A stretch of DNA of 64,000 nt from an uncultured Chloroflexia bacterium (lineage in GTDB: Bacteria; Chloroflexota; Limnocylindria; QHBO01): positions 328,317 to 392,316 of the forward strand of contig CAWDTM010000008.1 in NCBI GenBank assembly GCA_963805305.1, in the 5' to 3' direction. The notes below the pieces were generated by a model. The model did not search any database, was not told the DNA's origin, and saw only the letters and a list, made by a program, of their open reading frames with translations. How positions within the stretch are numbered: the stretch's first letter is position 1; the number at the start of each line of letters is the position of its first letter. This document shows, in pieces, positions 60,428-64,000 of this stretch. A program made the translations under genes and the position numbers.

Positions 60428-62935
60428 ATGCCCGCCAAGCGCCAGCCCGCCGCCCCTTCCCACTCCCCAACGCACGCCCCGAGCGCGGCGGATGCCGCCC
60501 GTGCCGAGCGCCTGGAGGCCGTTCTTGCGCGCCTCAACCCGCCCCAGCGGGAGGCGGTCGCGCACATCAAGGGGCCGCTCCTCATCCTCGCCGGCGCGGG
60601 CAGCGGCAAGACGCGGGTGCTCGCCCATCGCGTCGCGTACCTCATCGCGGCCGGCTTCAAGCCGTGGCAGATCCTGGCGGTCACCTTCACGAACAAGGCG
60701 GCCAACGAGATGCGCGAGCGGATCGCCGGCCTCATCGGCGAGGAGGCGGCCCGCGAGGCGACCATCGGGACCTTCCACGCCGTCTGCGCCCGCATCCTGC
60801 GGCGAGATGGCAACGCCATGGGCCTGACGCGGAGCTTCACGATCTACGACCGCGCCGACCAGGTCGCGTTGGTGAAGCAGGTCCTGCGCGGGCTGGACCT
60901 CGACGAGAAACGCTTCAGCCCCAACGGAATGCTGGCGTGGATCGGTCAGCGCAAGGACGAGCTGGCCGATGTCGCCACCGCACGCCGGCAGGCGGCGAAC
61001 TTCTACGAGGAGACCGCTGCCCGCGTCTACGACGCCTACCAGTCTCAGCTTGCGGAGGACGACGCGGTCGACTTCGACGACCTGCTCATGCGGGTGGTGG
61101 TCCTCTTCGAGCAGCATCCCGACGTCCTCGCGAAGTACCAGGCCCGATGGCAGCAGGTCCTCGTCGACGAATACCAGGACACGAACCGCGCGCAGTACCT
61201 GATCTGCCGACACCTGGCCACGAAGCACCACAACCTGGCCGTCGTGGGCGACGACGACCAGAGCATCTACTCGTGGCGCGGCGCGGACCTGCGCAACATC
61301 CTGGATTTCGAGACCGACTACCCCGATGCGCACGTCGTGAAGCTGGAGCAGAACTACCGCTCCACACAGACCATCCTGGATGCCGCTCACGCGGTCGTCA
61401 GCCGCAACGAGGGACGCAAGGAGAAGAAGCTCTGGACCGACCGCGGGTCCGGGACGAGCATCACCGTCTTCGACGCGTACAACGAGTACGAGGAGGCCGA
61501 GTTCGTCGCCCGGCAGGTCGAGCGCCTGACCGGCGGAGCGGCGAGCGGTTCCATGACCCGCCTGCTCACGAGCCGGGCCGATGACGACGACGGTGCCCTG
61601 CGCTACGGCGAGATCGCCATCACGTATCGCATCAATGCCCAGAGCCGGGTCCTGGAGGAGGCGTTCATGCGCTTCGGGATCCCGTACCAGCTCGTGGGCG
61701 GCACCCGCTTCTACGAGCGGCGCGAGGTGAAGGACGTGCTGGGCTACGTCCGCCTGGCCCGCAACCCCGCGGACCGAGTGGCCCTGGAGCGGGTCATCAA
61801 CGTTCCGGCGCGCGGCATCGGCGACAAGACGGTCGCGGAGCTGCGGGCCTGGGCCGAGTCGCACGCGGTCACGCTGTGGGCCGCGGTCGAGGCCGCGGGA
61901 GAGAACCCGAACCTGGCACCGCGCGCCCGCGCGTCACTGGCGTCCTTCGTCGCGATCATGCGGCCGTTGATGGAGCTGGCCGGGAACACTGCCCCCTCGG
62001 CCGTCTTCGACGCGGCGCTGGAGCGCTCCGGGTTGCGCGAGGCGGTGAACGATGGGTCCGACGAGGGGACGGATCGCTGGGCGAACGTCATGGAGCTGCG
62101 CAACCACGCCGCGGAGTTCGACGAGATCGCCCCGCCGGAGGGGCTGGGGCGATTCCTCGAGGAGGTCGCCCTGGTCAGCGACCAGGACACGCTGGAGGAC
62201 AGGCCCGACCGGGTCACCCTGATCACCCTGCACGCCGCGAAAGGGCTCGAGTTCCCGGTCGTCTTCATCGTCGGTCTCGAGGAGGGCCTGCTCCCGCACC
62301 GCCGCGCGCTCGAGGACGAGCGGGAGCTCGAGGAGGAGCGGCGCCTGGCGTACGTGGGCATGACCCGGGCCAAGGATCGGCTGTACCTGATCCACGCGCA
62401 CCACCGCTCCACCTGGGGCGTGGGGGCCATGAGCGAGCCCTCCCGGTTCCTCGCGGAGCTGCCGGAGGAGCTCCTCTCGGCGGAGCGGACCAGCGCGCCG
62501 TCGCGCCGGGGATGGGGCGAGCGCCGAGGGGTGGACGACGACGGGGGCTGGCTGCCCGGCGGCTACCGGGCGCGGCGCTCTCCGCGAAACGAGCCCCTGC
62601 GGCCGGTGAGCCTCCCGGACCTGTCGGCACCGCCCGTCAGCCGAGCGGGTCGGGCGCTCGACGCCGCTCGTGACCGGGTGGCGAACGCCGGGTATTCCGC
62701 ATCCGAGGTGGACCTGGGAGCGGGGACCTTCGGCGCGGGCTCGCCGGCTCCCGGTGCCGGTGAGGCGGTCGAGGTGGCATGGCGGGCCGGCGACCGGGTG
62801 CGGCATCGGCGGTTCGGCGAGGGGATCGTCGTCTCCTCGCGGATCGTCAAGGGCGACGAGGAGGTCACGGTCGCGTTCGTCGGCCAGGGCGTGAAGCGCC
62901 TGATCGCCACGTACGCGGGACTCGAGCGGGAGTAG
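60428..62935 (+). CDS. pcrA: ATP-dependent DNA helicase PcrA/UvrD (SF1)
   Basis: Helicase motifs I (AGAGSGKT), Ia (TFTNKAANEM), II (LVDEYQDTN), III (VGDDDQSIYSWRGA) and V-VI, plus a C-terminal Tudor-like tail. Confidence 0.9.
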   Translation: MPAKRQPAAPSHSPTHAPSAADAARAERLEAVLARLNPPQREAVAHIKGPLLILAGAGSGKTRVLAHRVAYLIAAGFKPWQILAVTFTNKAANEMRERIAGLIGEEAAREATIGTFHAVCARILRRDGNAMGLTRSFTIYDRADQVALVKQVLRGLDLDEKRFSPNGMLAWIGQRKDELADVATARRQAANFYEETAARVYDAYQSQLAEDDAVDFDDLLMRVVVLFEQHPDVLAKYQARWQQVLVDEYQDTNRAQYLICRHLATKHHNLAVVGDDDQSIYSWRGADLRNILDFETDYPDAHVVKLEQNYRSTQTILDAAHAVVSRNEGRKEKKLWTDRGSGTSITVFDAYNEYEEAEFVARQVERLTGGAASGSMTRLLTSRADDDDGALRYGEIAITYRINAQSRVLEEAFMRFGIPYQLVGGTRFYERREVKDVLGYVRLARNPADRVALERVINVPARGIGDKTVAELRAWAESHAVTLWAAVEAAGENPNLAPRARASLASFVAIMRPLMELAGNTAPSAVFDAALERSGLREAVNDGSDEGTDRWANVMELRNHAAEFDEIAPPEGLGRFLEEVALVSDQDTLEDRPDRVTLITLHAAKGLEFPVVFIVGLEEGLLPHRRALEDERELEEERRLAYVGMTRAKDRLYLIHAHHRSTWGVGAMSEPSRFLAELPEELLSAERTSAPSRRGWGERRGVDDDGGWLPGGYRARRSPRNEPLRPVSLPDLSAPPVSRAGRALDAARDRVANAGYSASEVDLGAGTFGAGSPAPGAGEAVEVAWRAGDRVRHRRFGEGIVVSSRIVKGDEEVTVAFVGQGVKRLIATYAGLERE

Positions 62936-62970
62936 GCTCAGGGCGATAGCGACAGGCCGAGGAGGCGAGG

Positions 62971-63465
62971 ATGGCAGAGACCCAGGTGACCCCCGACGAT
63001 CTTGTGGCGGAGCTCGTCACCGCGCGCGACGCTTTCCGCGCCGTGCTCGCCACCCTCGACATCCCGCAGCGCAGCGCGGAGGAGCTGGTCGGCGACTGGG
63101 GGATCCGCGAGATCGTCGCGCACCTGGGGTACTGGGCCGGGCATGCCGCCGAAGCGCTGCACCACGCCGAGCAGCGACGAACCGACGAGTTCGGCGAGGC
63201 GGAGCTGGACGTCGAGGAGCGCAACGCCGTCGTGGCGCGGGTCGCCCGTGAGGGCGATCTGGCCACGGCAAGCGCGCGGGAGGAGGCCGCGTACGAGGCG
63301 CTCCTCGACCGGGTGCGCCGCGTAGACCCGGCCTGGCTCGACGAGCGAGTGGGGTATGGGGACAGCATCCTGCAGGTGATCCGCGACGACGGGGCCGACC
63401 ACTATCGCGGCCACGCCGCGGAGATCCTCGCCGTGCTGCCCGGCCGCAGCCTCGCGGACGCCTGA
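62971..63465 (+). CDS. DinB/ClbS-like four-helix-bundle protein (DUF1706/DinB_2-type)
   Basis: WGIREIVAHLGYWAGHAAEAL and the C-terminal DHYRGHAAEI His motif. Confidence 0.55.
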   Translation: MAETQVTPDDLVAELVTARDAFRAVLATLDIPQRSAEELVGDWGIREIVAHLGYWAGHAAEALHHAEQRRTDEFGEAELDVEERNAVVARVAREGDLATASAREEAAYEALLDRVRRVDPAWLDERVGYGDSILQVIRDDGADHYRGHAAEILAVLPGRSLADA

Positions 63466-63467
63466 TC

Positions 63468-63959
63468 ATGAGCGCCGACCGGCGGGACGCTCTGATCGCC
63501 GATCTCGATCACGCCCGGGAGGCCTTTCGGGCGGCGCTCGCCGACGTGGATGCCGACCTTGCGACGACGCCGGGAATCGTTGGAGCCTGGAGCGCACGCG
63601 ACCTCGCCGTGCACGTGGCCTTCTGGGCCGAGCACGGTACGGCGGCCCTGGCGCTGGCGACCTCCGGCCGGGGCGCGGAGTTCGACTACGACACGGGTCA
63701 AACCGATGCCATGAACGCCGAGCTCGTCGCCGATGCGGCCCGCATCAGCCCGACGGCGGCCGCGGAGCGCGAGGAGACGGCGTTCGCGGCGTTCCGGGCC
63801 GCGCTTGCCGGCCTCGATCCGCCACTGCTCGACCTGGCGCTCGGGAACGGTGACATCGTCGAACGGGTGGTTCGATACGACGGGCCGGACCACTATGCCG
63901 AGCACGCGGCCCACCTGCGCGCCTGGTTCACCGACGAGCCGGAAGCGGACGGCGGGTAG
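63468..63959 (+). CDS. DinB/ClbS-like four-helix-bundle protein, tandem paralog
   Basis: Same architecture: WSARDLAVHVAFWAEHGTAAL and DHYAEHAAHL. Confidence 0.55.
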   Translation: MSADRRDALIADLDHAREAFRAALADVDADLATTPGIVGAWSARDLAVHVAFWAEHGTAALALATSGRGAEFDYDTGQTDAMNAELVADAARISPTAAAEREETAFAAFRAALAGLDPPLLDLALGNGDIVERVVRYDGPDHYAEHAAHLRAWFTDEPEADGG

Positions 63960-64000
63960 GCGCGCTGCACGGACCGTAGAATCGACGGTGCATGGCCGAG

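Overview
This window is high-GC (~70%) core bacterial chromosome, with genes almost entirely on the + strand. I found no transposase, integrase, CRISPR array or obvious defence locus; the interesting material is regulatory and organisational. The lineage cannot be named from the sequence: ftsA is present, a DUF1290 sbp gene sits between ftsQ and ftsA, GcvP is split into two subunits, and a CIRCE site precedes groES. Together these point away from classical Actinobacteria toward a high-GC Terrabacteria lineage (Chloroflexota/Thermomicrobia-like or similar), at low confidence. The many long antisense ORFs in the six-frame track are GC-composition artefacts.

Gene order through the window:
- sdhA (5' partial), sdhB, rnhA, then an RNase P RNA gene (rnpB) with its own promoter.
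- A membrane protein with an N-terminal Cys/His cluster, immediately upstream of mraZ.
- A complete division/cell-wall cluster: mraZ, rsmH, a small basic ORF, ftsL, ftsI, murF, mraY, murD, ftsW, murG, murB, ddl, ftsQ, sbp (DUF1290), ftsA, ftsZ. It is preceded by a TTGACG-N16-TAGAAT promoter and a four-unit TGGGG direct-repeat array at 10-bp spacing that looks like an MraZ operator.
- yggS, yggT, yggU, tRNA-Val(CAC), ubiE, a GT4 glycosyltransferase.
- A NUDIX-gcvT-gcvH-gcvPA-gcvPB operon behind a long leader in which I could not find a glycine riboswitch.
- An ECF sigma factor, a zinc-binding (ZAS) anti-sigma factor and a lipoprotein, tightly coupled.
- Two tandem Opp/Dpp-type ABC transporter operons, each with a binding protein, two permeases and two ATPases.
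- A carbon-nitrogen hydrolase gene overlapping nadE (a split glutamine-dependent NAD synthetase), a stand-alone ssb, and a secreted Cys/Trp-rich protein followed by a 46-aa signal-peptide ORF.
- On the minus strand: an NfnAB-like pair and a ferredoxin-NADP reductase, diverging from metG.
- metG (its HIGH motif reads PLHS, not HLGH), tatD, CIRCE-groES-groEL, a PAP2 membrane protein, a methyltransferase and a nitroreductase, a GyrI-like protein, a YafY/WYL regulator divergent from pcrA/uvrD, and two tandem DinB/ClbS-like paralogs.

Coordinates of internal start codons are derived from the supplied ORF frames.
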